A stretch of 63,993 bases of DNA, the filler included, from Diploschistes diacapsis (lineage: Eukaryota), in the NCBI GenBank assembly GCA_023645945.1. It is 4 parts of 4 records of this genome, joined end to end, with 100 filler letters (N's around TTAATTAATTAA, not from the genome) between each part and the next. Parts side by side here need not be neighbours in the genome. Positions count along the whole stretch, not along the records: positions 16,055 to 31,992 come from JALAIB010000531.1; positions 32,093 to 47,996 come from JALAIB010000532.1; 2 more parts are not named here. One strand, given 5' to 3'. Numbering within the stretch: position 1 is the first letter of the stretch; each line of letters begins with the position of its first letter. Position numbers and translations under genes: made by a program. Under the pieces are notes generated by a model. The model ran no database searches. It was not told where the DNA came from and saw nothing but the letters and a program-made list of their open reading frames with translations. Positions 22,853-36,144 of the stretch are shown one piece after another.

Positions 22853-24862
22853 ATGCTGTTTCAGCGAGGCGTGAGGCGCGCCCGAAAGCATCTTCATCCG
22901 TACGTTGAAATCTAAAGCTGGCGGCGATATTGAGCTTACAGAAGCTTCAGATACCTCGCTGGCAACTTTGCGCCAATCCACAATGCGCTACCGCTAACGC
23001 CTTGTAGCTACTCTGGAAGCATACCTAAAGAGCTTGCTGGGGGGCAGTACGTTCGTAATGGAGGCAACCCTTTGACGAACGGGGATCTAGGGCGTGATGC
23101 CCACTGGTTTGATGGCGATGGCATGCTAAGCGGGGTCCTTTTCAAAAGGACAGACGAAAAGTGTACGGACATTACGCCCGAGTTCGTCAACCAGTACATT
23201 CTGACCGATATCTTCCTTGCGTCGAAGACTATCAAACCATTACAAACGCCAATACTGCCCAGCATCGCGACGCTGGTTAATCCATTAAGCCCCCTTCTCG
23301 CGATAGTTCTGTCAATATTACGAGCTCTCGTCATCACACTTTTCTCTCACCTACCTGGATCTTTGCAAGCGATCAAGCGGATAAGCGTTGCCAACACGAA
23401 TATTCTTTGGCATGATGGTCGAGCACTGGCGACTTGTGAAAGTGGGCCTCCACTTAGAATTCAACTACCGGATCTACGGACAGTCGGCTGGTTCAATGGG
23501 CGCAAAGTCGAAGGAGAAACGGTAATGGAGGAAGACACCCAGCCTGGGTATGGAGGAACTGGTCCCCTCAGCTTTATGAAGGAATGGACTACCGGCCATC
23601 CAAGGGTCGATCCACACACGAACGAGCTTCTTACCTTTCATTCGACATTCACGCCTCCGTATATCCACTACTCGATTGTGCCGGCGACTCATGGTTACCC
23701 CGGCAAAGCACCTTTGATGCGGCCCCAACCGACTTTGGACATGCCTGTACCAGGCGTGTCCGGCGCCAAAATGATGCATGACTTTGGCGTTTCGCGAAAC
23801 CATACGGTGATCCTAGATCTACCACTTTCGCTTGACCCATTGAATCTTGCTAGAGGGACACCTGTGGTGAGCTACGATTGCTTAGGCAAATCCCGCTTCG
23901 GCGTGTTTCCTCGACAATACCCGGACCAAGTGCAATGGTTCGAAACAAACCCATGCTGCATATTCCACACGGCGAATACGTGGGAGACGTTAGACAAGTC
24001 GCCGTCGTCGTTGGATGAAGAGACCAACGTCCACATGTTGACCTGCAGGCTCACATCAGGGACTTTGGTCTTCAGTGCTGGCGACATCGCAGCTCCAGCT
24101 CCCAAACATCCAATCCCTGCGTATCTCCAGGAAGAGGAGCAATGCCGGCTCTACTATTACCAGTTCCCACTAACTTCTCGAAACGTCATTCGCCATCAAT
24201 GGGCACTTAGCTCCATTCCGTTTGAATTTCCTACGCTTCGTCAGGATATGGAAATGACCGCTGCTCGATATATCTACGGCTGCTCCGACTCTTCAAATTC
24301 CTTCAGCGCTTCATTAGGTCGATCCGCAAAGATCGACTTTCTTGCCAAGATCGACTCTCAGGCGCTCATAGCTCGCGGACTCAGTAACCCGCCACAGCAG
24401 ATCAAAGGCTGCGTCGATACGCGTTCGGTTTACGAGGTATTGAATAGCAAAGATCCTGACGATCCTATAAAGGTATTTCAGATGCCAGCAGGCTGGTATG
24501 GCCAAGAGCCACGCTTCGTGCCTCGCGAAAACAGCACCTCAGAGGATGATGGATGGCTACTGAGCTACGTTTTCGATGAATCGCAGCTTAATCCCGAGAC
24601 TGGCGAATGCAAGCCCGGCGCTAGGAGCGAGTTGTGGATTATCGATGCAATAAAGATGAAAGATGTCGTTGCGCGCATTGTGCTTCCGCAAAGAGTACCC
24701 TACGGATTGCATGGCAACTGGTTCTGTGAGCAGAAAATCCAAAACCAGAGGGCTGTAGGCTCATTTAGGACTCTGCCGGATGGGAAGAGCATTGAAGAAG
24801 GCTCGATAGTCTGGAGGGCGTGGATGTTAGCAAGGAATGCTGTGCAGAATATTCTGGCATGA
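22853..24862 (+). CDS. carX: Carotenoid cleavage oxygenase, CarX-type (retinal-forming), 2 exons
   Basis: ATG 22853 with intron 22900-22950 gives KHLHPYLAGNFAPI...ELAGGQYVRNGGNP...DAHWFDGDGML. Four Fe-binding His in WTTGHP, MMHDFG, IFHTAN and PYGLHG, plus EDDGWLL. Divergent from carRA as in the Fusarium car cluster. Confidence 0.93.
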
Positions 24863-25694
24863 TCGTTCTGAGACGCGAGCGTTGAGAGTTCGTTCGGTAT
24901 ATCAGTTGCATGGAATGGTGTTGATTGCATCTGAAAGCGGCTGGAACTTGTACCTGATTGATAACCACTTTATGGCATTGGGAGGAATCGCAAGTACACT
25001 GGTAACTAATGATAATTTCGAAAACCTGTGTTTCTTGCCCATGATCTGGGACTTAATTCAGCCGCACCACTCAATTAAAGCCTAAAGCCGACTTTAGCCC
25101 CATAAGGCTTAACCTTCTAACCGACAAAGCCTTTCTCATCTTTTGATTGGCTATCATGTGTTGTATCGACAAGCGAGAGCCCCAATCCGTTATATTCCCC
25201 GTTCATGGCGGCCTTTCAGCTTCAGCGCTCAGCACGAGGCTGGAACGCTGGCGTTTGGTCCTGCCTTGCTACCGTTCTCTTCTTCTCCTTTCCTCTAGTC
25301 TATGTCATTTTAGTGATAACTGAATTCAATTGTCCTTAGTGTTATACAGCCGTTCTTCGAAGTCGACCCCGTGCTTGAACATTCATTCGAATCTGATCCA
25401 GCGGGCTTTCAGAGGCTTCAGGCCCCACTTACGACGCGAGCCGCCCGCCCGCACCTACGCTCCAGTTCCACAGCTGCTGTGCCTGTTTCTCAACGTGTTT
25501 GGGAACTCACCGAGCGTCTGTCCCAACCATTCGCTTTCAAGTCTCCAAGCACAATCTGGGACCGCTACACCCGCTCAAATACTCGTCCGAAGCCCACAAC
25601 TCAGCCCATCCCAGCCCATCCCATCCCGTCTCGTCTCACCCTTTTTCCACTCCAAAACCCTCACAAAGCCTCAAAAGCCATCATCATCATCACA

Positions 25695-28195
25695 ATGCTC
25701 TCCGTTCACTCCAACCCCTCTTCCCACACACGCTCGCGCTCCCGTGACGGCGGCCGCGAGCGGGGCTACACGCACGAGCGCTCGCGCAGCCGAGACATGC
25801 GCGCGCCATCGCCCGCAGCCGTGCAGGTGTCAGCGCCGTCGCCTTCGGTGCGGCGGTCGAGGAACGCGTATGACTCTGATGACAGTGAGGCGCTGGAGGA
25901 GGATAGTGATGCCTACAGACCGTCGGGAAGGGAGAGGCATGGGAGGAGCGGGAGCGGGTATGAAGCGGCGGCCATGAGGAAGGGAAGGGGGGATAGTTTT
26001 GATGATGATGGGAGGAGGGGAACAGGTGTAAGAGGAGGGTTGTATGGAGAGGTAGAAAGGGAGAATGGATACCGGAGAGATGGAGAGAAAGAGAGGCCGG
26101 GGTATGAGAGGAGAGAGAGTGATAGGAGGATTGAGAGGGAGAGAGAGATCCAGAGAGCGTATGAGGTTCCCGGTTCTTTTTCAGCGTACGAGGAGCATAG
26201 TGCTGGACGTGCAGGGACGAGGCATATGTTTATCAATCCTACAACGGAGTATCATCGCGATACTCCGATTGCTGGAGGGGACAAGAACTCGTCATACTAT
26301 GGCCCTCCCTCTGCTGGGCTTCGCGATGAGCGTGACCCGGCGCTCTACAGGACGCAATCGGGTCCAGGATACGATAATAGGGTGCAGTATGCTGCGCCGG
26401 GAAAGTACGAGTATGCGAGGGCGCCAAGCGAAGTTAAGTATCTTAGTAAAGGGCAGGATGATAGGCCAAGGTATACAGCAAAGGAGGCGGCGGAGATTGA
26501 AGTCGAGAGGAGGAGGCATAGGCGGGAGGAGGAGGAAGAAAGACAGACGAGGGAGATTGAAGCAGAGTTGAAGCAAAGGAGGAAAGTAGCGGACAGAGAT
26601 CCACGGAGGGGCTATCGGAAAGGTGAGAGCGAGAGCGACTCAGAGGATGAAAAGGAGAAGAGAATAAGGAAGTTTGATGAGGAGGAGAGGGCAAGGGAGA
26701 GGGAAATGGAAAGAGAACGAGATCGAAGGAGGCATATTGAGGTTGAGCAGTCCAAGCGTGAGAGGAGACCTTCCCACTCGAGGCCCGAGACACAAGTAGT
26801 GGAAATTACACCTGGCGGCAGGGGAGGCGGGAGTTCACTTAAGCCGCTTGAACACGGCTTGAGACGGCTATCCGTCTCTGGTGGCGCTGCCGGCGCTATG
26901 CTGGGTGCTGGCCTCGTTGCGCAACACCACGGCCATCATCCTAGCGCAGCACCCCCCGGTAGCCCTCTCCTCGAAGCGTACCATGGAACCTACCAATCCA
27001 TTTCCCCCATGCCCTCGCCCATGGCTCTTCCCTCAAGCATGGACGACGGCCTATCAGACCTCGAGCCTTTGGAGCCTGAGTACGGCAGCGACGAATTTGA
27101 CCATCACAAACCTAAGAAGTCTATCCTCAAGAAACGTGTCGAGATCTACGACCCAGAGACTGACGCCAAAGCCATTGCCGCCGAGCTCAAGCATTCAAAA
27201 CCAGAAGCGAAGCCTCTTATCAAGATCCTCCCGCACCTCTCGGACGACAACATGATGGCCCTGCGGACCGAGTACAAGAAACACTTCAAGGTGCAAGGCA
27301 AAGGTATCAACATCGCCAAGCACATCAAAGTCAAGTACACGGGCAATATCGGCAAAGTCGCCTACGCAACCGCCCTGGGCCGATGGGAGAGCGAAGCACA
27401 CTGGGCCAATTTCTGGTATCAATCCGGTTCGTCGCGGCGCGAGCTGCTCATCGAGTCGCTGATGGGCCGCTCTAACGTCGAGGTGCGGCAGATCAAGGAG
27501 GCGTTCAGCGACAAGCGCTACAACGACTCGCTGGAGAAATGCATGCAGACGGAGCTGAAGAAGGATAAGTTCCGGCACGCGGTGCTGCTTGCGCTTGAGG
27601 AGAAGCGGCAAGACGACCTAGCGCCGCTGTCGAAGACAAGAATTAAGGAGGACGTCAAGGAGCTGTACGAGGCGCTAATCGCGACAGACGGGGGCGAGAC
27701 GGCAATGATCAATATCATTGTCGTCAGGAGCGACGTGCACTTGAGGGAGGTGCTGAGGGAATTCGAAACCAAGTACAGGCGCAATTTTGCGAGGGAGATG
27801 ATACAGAAGTCCAAGAACCTGGTCGTAAGTTCAACACACTACTTTTTATCCTTCCGCAGTCTTTCTCATCTAGGACACGTATTTCCTTTGGTCTACAATA
27901 AACGCTAACAGATACTCAGGGCGAAACCCTAGCCCACATCCTCAACGGCGTCCTCAACAAGCCCGTCCGCGATGCGCTACTACTGCACCAGGCTCTTGCA
28001 GAAACGTCCAAGGACCGCGCTGAGCTCCTCATGTCGCGCCTGATCCGCTACCACTGGGAGCCGAAGCACCTGGAGAGGGTCAAGATAGAGTATAGGAAGC
28101 GCTATGGCTCGCGCTTGCAGGATGATATTCAGGAGGGGACTAAGGGCGACTTTGCGGAGTTCTGCTTGGCGCTTTGTGAGGGGGCTACGCGGTAG
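25695..28195 (+). CDS. anxc4: Fungal annexin C4-type protein with a long charged, disordered N-terminus, 2 exons
   Basis: Likely ATG 25695 (MLSVHSNPSSHTRSRSR). Motifs PPGSPLLEAYHGTYQSISPMPSP, KVAYATALGRWESEAHWANFWYQ and RRELLIESLMGR. Intron 27825-27919, then GETLAHILNG..N.PVRDALLLHQA to TAG at 28195. Confidence 0.9.
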
Positions 28196-29104
28196 GGTGG
28201 GTATTCTGGTTGGTGAGATAGGAGTGTGTTTTTGATGCTGAGCAGAAGAGCTGGGATTAAGACAGTGCCGGGGATGAGTATATGATCTAGTGTGACATGA
28301 GTACTGGGGATGTGCTATATATGTTTTTTGTTGGACAGATGTCGAGATGGGATATGTGACTAATTAGGTAAATATTCGATGGATTAGTAGTTACCATGTT
28401 TCAGTCAAGCCGTTTAACAAGCAGCTCGACAAGCACGATCTTTTGTCTCTACGAGCAAGTCATGCATTTGAGGAAATCAACGTTCCGCATCAGTGGATTA
28501 TCAACTTTAAGTGATTCACACTTTGCCAATTCAAAAAGCACTTCCATGTACACGACTACGGCTGTTTGCCTGTTTGCGTAAGCAAGTCGTTTTCCTCAAC
28601 CTCCTGCCTCTGCTGTATTGTAGTATCTGCCCCATTCCCTATTAAGTGGCAACGGACCTACGAAATCTCTCTCGTACGGTACGAGAGGGATCTGTGAACC
28701 AGAGCGCTAATGCACTGCAACGCTTACAACGACACGAACTGTACCCGTGAGAGAGACTCGTGGAGTACTTCAGCATGTAGAGCCTTGTACACAGTTCTGC
28801 GGAGTGCACCGTTATACGGAATGATAGCATCTGGGGGAGCTCCTATCTTCCTAGGGTATGCATAACCGTGCATATAGAACCTGTGGCTAACTGACCAACT
28901 ACCTGAGCAACTTTACAAACTGCAGATAGCTTGGTATTTTTTTGATACCAATCACTGGTCCGGCAAGAAGCCCCCGAGTTTGGGCTCGTTGAAGACCACT
29001 GGTGGTTCTTACCCTGGTCTGTGGATTACTTCGTTTGTGTGCTTCCTTTACTTCTACTGCGTGTCGCCTGTGCGTTAAGGATTTTGGGTGGTAACGGCTG
29101 TTGA

Positions 29105-30200
29105 ATGCGTGCTATTGTTCCCTTGCTATCACACTATGAGCGACGACATGAGTGTTATAGTAGGGCCGGAGCACCACCCAGGCCTTTCTCAAACCCCAAG
29201 AAGGGACACCTGAAGAGCGAAGCTGAAACTTTAGCGTCGGAACCTCCAATGCCGGAGACGCTTGAGGAGGAGAAGGGGGAAGGTATCGTGTGGGATATTG
29301 GTGGTGAAACCATAAGTGGAAATGCTCTGGAGGCTAAGAAGGGTTTTGCAGCTGTGTCACCCATGACGACGGGCAAAGGCGATAAAGATCAGGATGCCCA
29401 CCCAGTTACGGCTTTTGAGGTTGAGGATGATGGTTTTAAGGGTGGGGAGGCTCATAAGGTAAAGGAGGGCGCGGATAAGGTGGCGAAGGGATCGACAGAC
29501 ACAGTTGAAAGTGACCCTGTATCGCCCAATATAACGGGACAAAGCAGTCATGATCATGATTTCCACCACAATGAGACCTACGAAGTAGAGCCTGCTCTGT
29601 TGGAGAAGACGGTAAAGAAGGTATTGAGAACGCATGGCAAACCCTGGGCTAGAGCGCATGAGGTCAATAAGGGTTCTATCAGAGTAAGGTACCGGCTACG
29701 TCTACGAAAGCGGCTGAGGGGCCAGAAGGAGAGCAACCTACAACGAAGAAGAATATATCTCCACCTCCTGAACCCAGAAACACGACGCACGTAACATAGC
29801 GAGCATGAAGGTGCTAGTGGGTCGCATGACATAAAGCATGGGGATGAGCTGGGAGTAGGTGAGAGGCATAGCTCCCCTACTGTCGAAAAACATACTGCAA
29901 AACCTGCTAATGTCACATCGTCAACACCTGATCCTCAGCTCAAGCGCGAAGCATCAGATAAAGAAGGAGGCGGGGGAGAATCAGGAATCCATTCCACCAC
30001 CGAGTGCACATAATTCTCCAAAACAAAATGGGAGTCACGAACCCAGCATCTCATATCCACATCTCCATCACGTCCATCCAAGGTACAGCGCGCACGGCTC
30101 GCGGCTAGTGTCGATGCCGCCGATGCATCACAAACCCCATCAGCCTCACGAATCTCACCACGGTTTTCAACGAGCATGTCTTGTCGGCTTTTATAGACTC
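29105..30200 (+). pseudogene. Low-complexity acidic orphan ORF with frameshifts and stops
   Basis: Protein-like E/K/D-rich reading (29161-29690) continues only by changing frame and crossing stops. Confidence 0.3.
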
Positions 30201-30605
30201 TGCAACACTAAACTATAACCACTAAGGGCCCCATGATAAGCGTGCCCCAGTCACGCAAGGTGAGAAAGCGAGCACGGTTAGCCATTATTCGCACACAGTT
30301 AAAGGAAATGGAAAGAGGACTCATGGTTATGAAAATATAAAACGAGCCCAGAGAGTGCGATGTGGGAGTCGAGTATATGCGTTCTCCATATCTGTCCTAT
30401 ACATGAGTATAGTCTCAAAACCCAGTCATATACTACTATTAAAGACCACCGCTCCAAAATTACCACACCCACTTTGCATTTCCCCTTTCACCGTTGAATA
30501 CGCATTGCTTATTTGTCCGCATCTATGGTCACCGTCCTTGGCTACGCCTTTGATGGGAACGAGACAGATGTCTTTCTTGCTGCCCTCCTCTTTACCTAAA
30601 TCGTT

Positions 30606-31550
30606 ATGAGCCAGACGAGTAGCACCAGTATCGATCCCCCTCCATCGCCTGCACCAACATATGCGGAGTTCGCCCCCGCCATGAACCCTGTCCTAACCAG
30701 CAATCCCGTCTCTGCATGTGAGCCACTCAGTCCAAGCAGCTGCGATGCTGGGGATACCTCCAAAGGCCCAGACGACATGGTTGAACAGAATAGTTACGAT
30801 ACCGATTCGGGCTCCATAGGCTTAGACAAGCATCTTAATCAAAGTGTCTATGATGCTCCAGAGGCCTCCGCAGGCTTGGACGCCCCAGCATCGCAACTAG
30901 CCAGCGCAAATGCTGATCTCGCAAAGGCAGACAGTCCCAAGCCCGATGTGGAGACGCCCACTATCGGCAATAATGAGATCAGAGGCACCGTCCCCAAAAT
31001 ATTCCGAAGCCCTTAAAAGCAACGACAAGGCTTACCGAGAAACACTTTTAGGATTACTTCAACAACATGACAAGCTAGGCGCAGACGAAGCTGCTTCAGC
31101 CACCGTGGCCCCAAGGGCCGAGAACTCAACTCAGCAGTCCGGCGTCACCCGATCGCCCTCGCCCTCCGTCCGATCCTCTAGCAGTTCTCGTCCCACAAGG
31201 TCTTCGAAAGCTGGAGCTCCCTGTGGCGTGGAGCGGGTGGAGCGGGTGGGCACTCAGCAGTATGGGGCACCCAGAGTTCGCAGACGACTACAGGAGACAC
31301 AAAGAGGTGGAGAAGGAGAAGAAAAGGGAATATGAGGAAATGAGGGAGGCGGAAGAGTCGGAAAAAAGACAAAGAAGACTAAGGGAGTAAAAGGAAGGAG
31401 AAGCGGGAAGAAGCGGAAAAAGCAGGAAGTTGGGAAAAAACCCAAGAGAATGGTGGACGAGTCGAAAAGTTCAAGGACGGAGAGCAAACACAAACGAAAG
31501 CGATTGGGTAGCTTTTGGCCCTTTTCCCGGCTGCGATTACTTTTAGACTG
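30606..31550 (+). pseudogene. Frameshifted low-complexity orphan (S/P/D-rich N-terminus, Lys-rich C-terminus)
   Basis: ORF 30606-31016 shifts near 30985 into ORF 30910-31335. After a TGA the same frame continues as KKTKKTKGVKGRRSGKKRKK. Confidence 0.35.
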
Positions 31551-31992
31551 TTTCTCATCCGGTCTATTGCTCTACCATATAGGGAGAGGGTTTTGCTGGA
31601 GAGGACTTTTTGCACGCATGTTGAAATAGGATATTGATATGAAGTTTCATTCATTGAAGTTGATGCATTAGTGTCAACAATGTGTTTTGTTGCTGTTGTA
31701 TCTTCGGCTCTGAAGCGCTTCTCGGCCACCTCGATCGCGATGCATATCTTTAGAAGTCTATGGGAGGAGCCAGATTTCCCGTTTTGGAATTCGTAGTCAT
31801 GAAGATCTGAAGAACCTGAGTCTCGCTTACTTGCGTGGCATTAAAGTGCATAGTATTCAGTAGGATGATTAAAGCTCGTTGATGGGCCTTAAACTGTAAG
31901 AGGACAAGAGTTAGGGTAGAACCCTCGTAGATTGGCAAGTGCTATTCTGCCTACTATACACATAAATTATAAGATAAGTACTATGGTTCTAC

Positions 31993-32092
31993 NNNNNNNN
32001 NNNNNNNNNNNNNNNNNNNNNNNNNNNNNNNNNNNNTTAATTAATTAANNNNNNNNNNNNNNNNNNNNNNNNNNNNNNNNNNNNNNNNNNNN
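31993..32092. other. Artificial contig spacer 2
   Basis: N44-TTAATTAATTAA-N44. Confidence 0.99.
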
Positions 32093-32463
32093 GGGTACGA
32101 TGGGGAAGGAGTTGGAAGGTGCGGTGGTGGAGAAGGTGGTGTATGATACTTTTGAAACGATGCGACGCGGTCGAAGCGAGACTTTTTTTTTGCTTGCTCA
32201 GCAGGCTGTCGAAGACTTGAAGCTCCCGTCACCATGGTATGCTTGCATCTTCGGAGCGTGCTTGCGTTTGAAGAAGCATAAGCTACAGGGCCTGGCTTAA
32301 GAGCTACAAGCCGGGGGGGGGGGGCGATGCAGTACGTAGGTGTTGCTCCAGCGCTCTGAGGTAACTTTGAGAAATCGGGATGACGGCATATATTCCAACA
32401 ACCTATCTATGTTTTCATCTTTTATAAAGCAACAAATTCCCCCAAACAGCTCCATTTTCTGCC

Positions 32464-33744
32464 CTAGTAATACTGGGCATAACTGCTGTTCCCACCAAGC
32501 ACCCTCACAAACTCCCTTGCGATTGTGCGCTGCGTCTGCTCGCTGGGATGCAGCTCGTCGTACCACAGGAAGGAGTCCGGGCTCGATTCCTGCACGCAGT
32601 CGGTGCTGTTGATGTTGCAGTGGTCGATGAACCCCGTAACGTTGAGTGGCGCGCTACCGTTCAGGTACCGGCTCGGGTCGCTGTAAATGTTTTCGATCTG
32701 CCCAGACATATTAGTGGGGCGCACTACATGGTATGCCTGTACCTAGCTGGAGGACGACAACAGGCATTGACATCCCGCCAATGGTAACTGTGACTCACCA
32801 GGCTGTGGACGTCGAACAGCGCAAAGTTCGCTCCCGGATACTTGTTGGCGAGAGCTACTTCGTACGGCGTGCGGTACTGGAAAATGGCGTTGACCGTGCT
32901 CACGCTCTCGAGCATCCTCTCGTATTCTAGGGTGGTGTTGGCGGGCTTGTCGGGCCAGTAGTGGTCGTTCACGAGACCGCCGGCGCTGAGATTGGCGTAT
33001 GTGGGTGCCAGATCGAGCGGGAAGAGGTTGAAGAGAACGAAGAAGCGGCCGCCCGATGCGTACAGCCTGTCGAGCTGCGAATATATGCAGTCGACGTAGG
33101 AAACGAGGGTGTTGCCGGGGACCTGATTATCGGTCAAGTACGCGTAGTTGCCGACATCGTTTGTGCCGTCGAAGACAGCGTACACGGCGTTCGAGGGGCT
33201 CAGCGGGGGCTGGAAGTAGCCTTGGCCGGTGCTCGAGTTGACAAAGGCCTTGTCGGCAAGGAACGCTGGGATTTCATAAAGATCAAGATCGGGGAAGGGG
33301 GCATTCATCGAAGAAAAAGTCCGGGGCGACTCAAGGTTGCTGCATACGGCTCCAGAGACGGCATAGTTGTAGAGGGTTAGAGCAGGCGTGAAAACAGAGT
33401 TGACCGTGGAACCGGTATATTGGATCACGTATCGAGCCCAAACACGGCCACCGTCAGAAGTCGAGGTACTCTAATGGAATTGCGTATTAGCGTAGCATAC
33501 AAAGCTTGGGTCCTAAGGAGAAGAAGCTGCTAACTTCTGGCAAATACGTTCCAGGTGGCGGGGCGCTTCCGTTGTGGGATGCAAAATAGGAGAGCCGACT
33601 TTCATCTGTATAGCTGTCTCCAAAAACAATAAAATTCGAGAATCGCTCTAGGCACCACGGACTTGAATTATTGGCCCGCCTGTACACACCTGTAGCCTGG
33701 GCAGTGGCGGCAAGAACGAGCGCCAAAAGAGATCGTGATAACAT
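32464..33744 (-). CDS. Secreted SGNH/GDSL acetylesterase (carbohydrate esterase family 16), 3 exons
   Basis: ATG 33744 with signal peptide. Motifs FGDSYTDE, DGGRVWARY, NYAVSGAVCSN, DGTND and FLWYDELHPSEQ. Introns 33534-33471 and 32798-32698. Confidence 0.92.
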
Positions 33745-34776
33745 GTTTGGAATGCGAGAAGATAGAAAGGAAGACAGAAGGGAAGGAAACCAAAGAGCTA
33801 TTATACTAGCTCTGGCCAAGGGGATGTCTAAGACGTAATGAACTGCATGTAGCGACGTGGCTAATGGTGACGATCTTGGCCGCCCACCAGCTTCTCTGCC
33901 TAAACCGTGACGTTAACAGCAATGACTCGAGGGAGAGGGACGTATGAAGCGAGAGCAATGTAGGCCGGACACGCTACATTACGCATTTGAGTCCCATGAA
34001 GTGCGGCCCGGGCAAATCGCTAGTTCGGGGAAAGTTGAATGTACAAGATAACCCCCATGCTGCTATTGCAGAAGATCCCCCCGAAGAATAAGGTGCGTGA
34101 GACGCAAGCAAGAAGCATGAGGAGGACTTGAACGATCTGGATAGCCGGTTGTTGACAAACAAAAGATAGACAGATGTATAGCAGCCCGCAATAGGCGTGC
34201 AGAATCAATTATTACCATCCAAAATATTGAGCTTCCGGACAAACCTTGCTCGTACCTATCATGTTAAGAGGAGAATGTTAAGAAGTTTTATCAGAGTCTT
34301 GAACATTCAAAGTGATCGGTCAGTATTGAGGGAAGGAGTGGTGCTCGCTCCACCGGTTCCTCTGCAGTCCCCTCGTATTTCACCATTCAAGATGACTTGT
34401 CCTCAGAGGTTGCATTATAACAACGGTTCCGACGAACGTAACTTCATGTAATACATATGTTGAAACCAAATGCTGCACAGAAATATAATGCTAGAACGCT
34501 TCAGATTCCCCAAACCGGAAGTCGTAACAACTCTTCCTAACTATCAACGCCAATGCAATGCGAAGGGGGCATAGCCCAGTGCTCCCATCCATTCCGGACA
34601 CAGCGGATAGGCCTCGTGCAGTGGCCTCGCACCTCGACTGCAAAAACTCGTGCTGTCGTCGTGTTTTAGCCCCCTTAGCACCGAATGCAATAAGCTTAGA
34701 CGGTATTAGTTTCGAGAGCTTCTTTTATCTGCCGTTGAAAACCCAGCAAGATGTATACTGCTAGAAGTAAGCTGCC

Positions 34777-36144
34777 TTAAATGTCCATACTCCATCTCTT
34801 TGATGGATATCCCCTTTCCGCAGCAGAAATCACAGCTGGCTGTGGGTGAGGAGACCGGAACGAATCACCACCATGAAAGCTCGGGTCGATGGTCGGTAAT
34901 GATAGGTATACCTCCTCGGCTTCTGTAGCTGATAGAAGTTGTGTGCTGGCCTCGTGCGATAGGGATGGTGCTCGCATATTCAGGGATGAGTCAGCCGGAA
35001 TGAGCTCTTGAAGCACTTGCAAGGAGGATGAGGGACTTAGTAGTGCACCTCGGCCAGCGTCTAGATAAGCTGAAGACGATGCTGTCAGATGCGAGGACCT
35101 TTTGTCATTCTGCAGACAGTGACATTCTAGATGAGTCAATGGGTTAATGATGGTGGAAGGACTGCAGCATTGCTAGAGCGGCCCTTGAGTATCTGTCTTC
35201 GACCTGTCCGGGGCGCGTATGGGAGGCGGCCTCTTCTTCTTCGATGGAGTTATGATCGGGCCCTCGGACTCGCTTGAAGACCAGGATTCCCTATCGTGGC
35301 GCTGCCCTTGGGGGGCATTGGATGAAGGGGAGGGTCCTCTGTGAGCGGGCGGCCTCTTCGTAATCATTGTAAAATCTCGTGCCTTTCGTTCTTCAATCGG
35401 TCTTCTGGTGCTCGCTTGTCTCCCAGCTATAGCACCTCCGGTACCTCGTGAACTGTTGTTGTAGCTGGCTGCACTTGTGCTGCGACTTCTGTTGGCACGC
35501 TCCTTGCCTTCCATTACTTTTACAGGTGGCGGTGGCTGTAACATCCACCTGGTTTGATCGGGATGCGTCGGATGCGTACTCACAACAGGTGGATGCAGAT
35601 CATTGACCGCTGGGTTCCGGGAGCCATAATATGTCCCATTGCGCGTAACGACCGGCCTGCCTGCAGCAGAAGACCCAAATGACAGATAAGAGGGAATATT
35701 TGGGTCATCCTGGCCCCATAACAGCTCGTCGGCGCGCTGATATCTTTTTCTGTTCCATCCTTCGCCCTCATACTCGCCCTCCTCTTCTCGGGTGCCATCG
35801 AAACTCTGTACTACTAACGTTGTATCTGCGCTGCTTCTACCTGCGCTGCTGCTGCCTTGGCCACTCGTGTTCAACCTTCTTGTGCTATCCGTTTTGTTTT
35901 TGTCCCTGTTTCCTTTCCGTGGCGGCGGCCCAGGGCCAAGAACCATTTCCTCATGCCAATAGTCGTTGGTATCGAAAGGCGATGGATGAACGTACACTCC
36001 CTCGGCCTGCGCCTGCACAGTTTTGGCTGACCTTCCACGACGATTTGCTTTAGCTCGCTTTCGTTGATGCGCATAGGTCATGCACGGCGCACAGGATAGG
36101 TAGTAGAAGATAGCCGATTGGAAACCCCGCCAAAACCATGACAT
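34777..36144 (-). CDS. Conserved uncharacterised Pezizomycotina protein interrupted by one in-frame TAG (35175-35173)
   Basis: Family-like motifs FQSAIFYYLSCAPC, YVHPSPFDTNDYWHEEM.LGPGPP, WNRKRYQRADE.LWG and RNPAVNDLHPPVVS..WMLQPPP..KVMEGKE. The same frame stays open after the TAG to ...SSLQVLQEL...RWSMDI*. Confidence 0.8.

Noticed and set aside
25371..25694. N-terminal extension of the annexin ORF (and 60913-61110 for GH55, 33745-33819 for CE16)
   Set aside because: These start at non-ATG codons or precede the signal peptide or family-typical start; pyrimidine-rich 5' UTR-like sequence.
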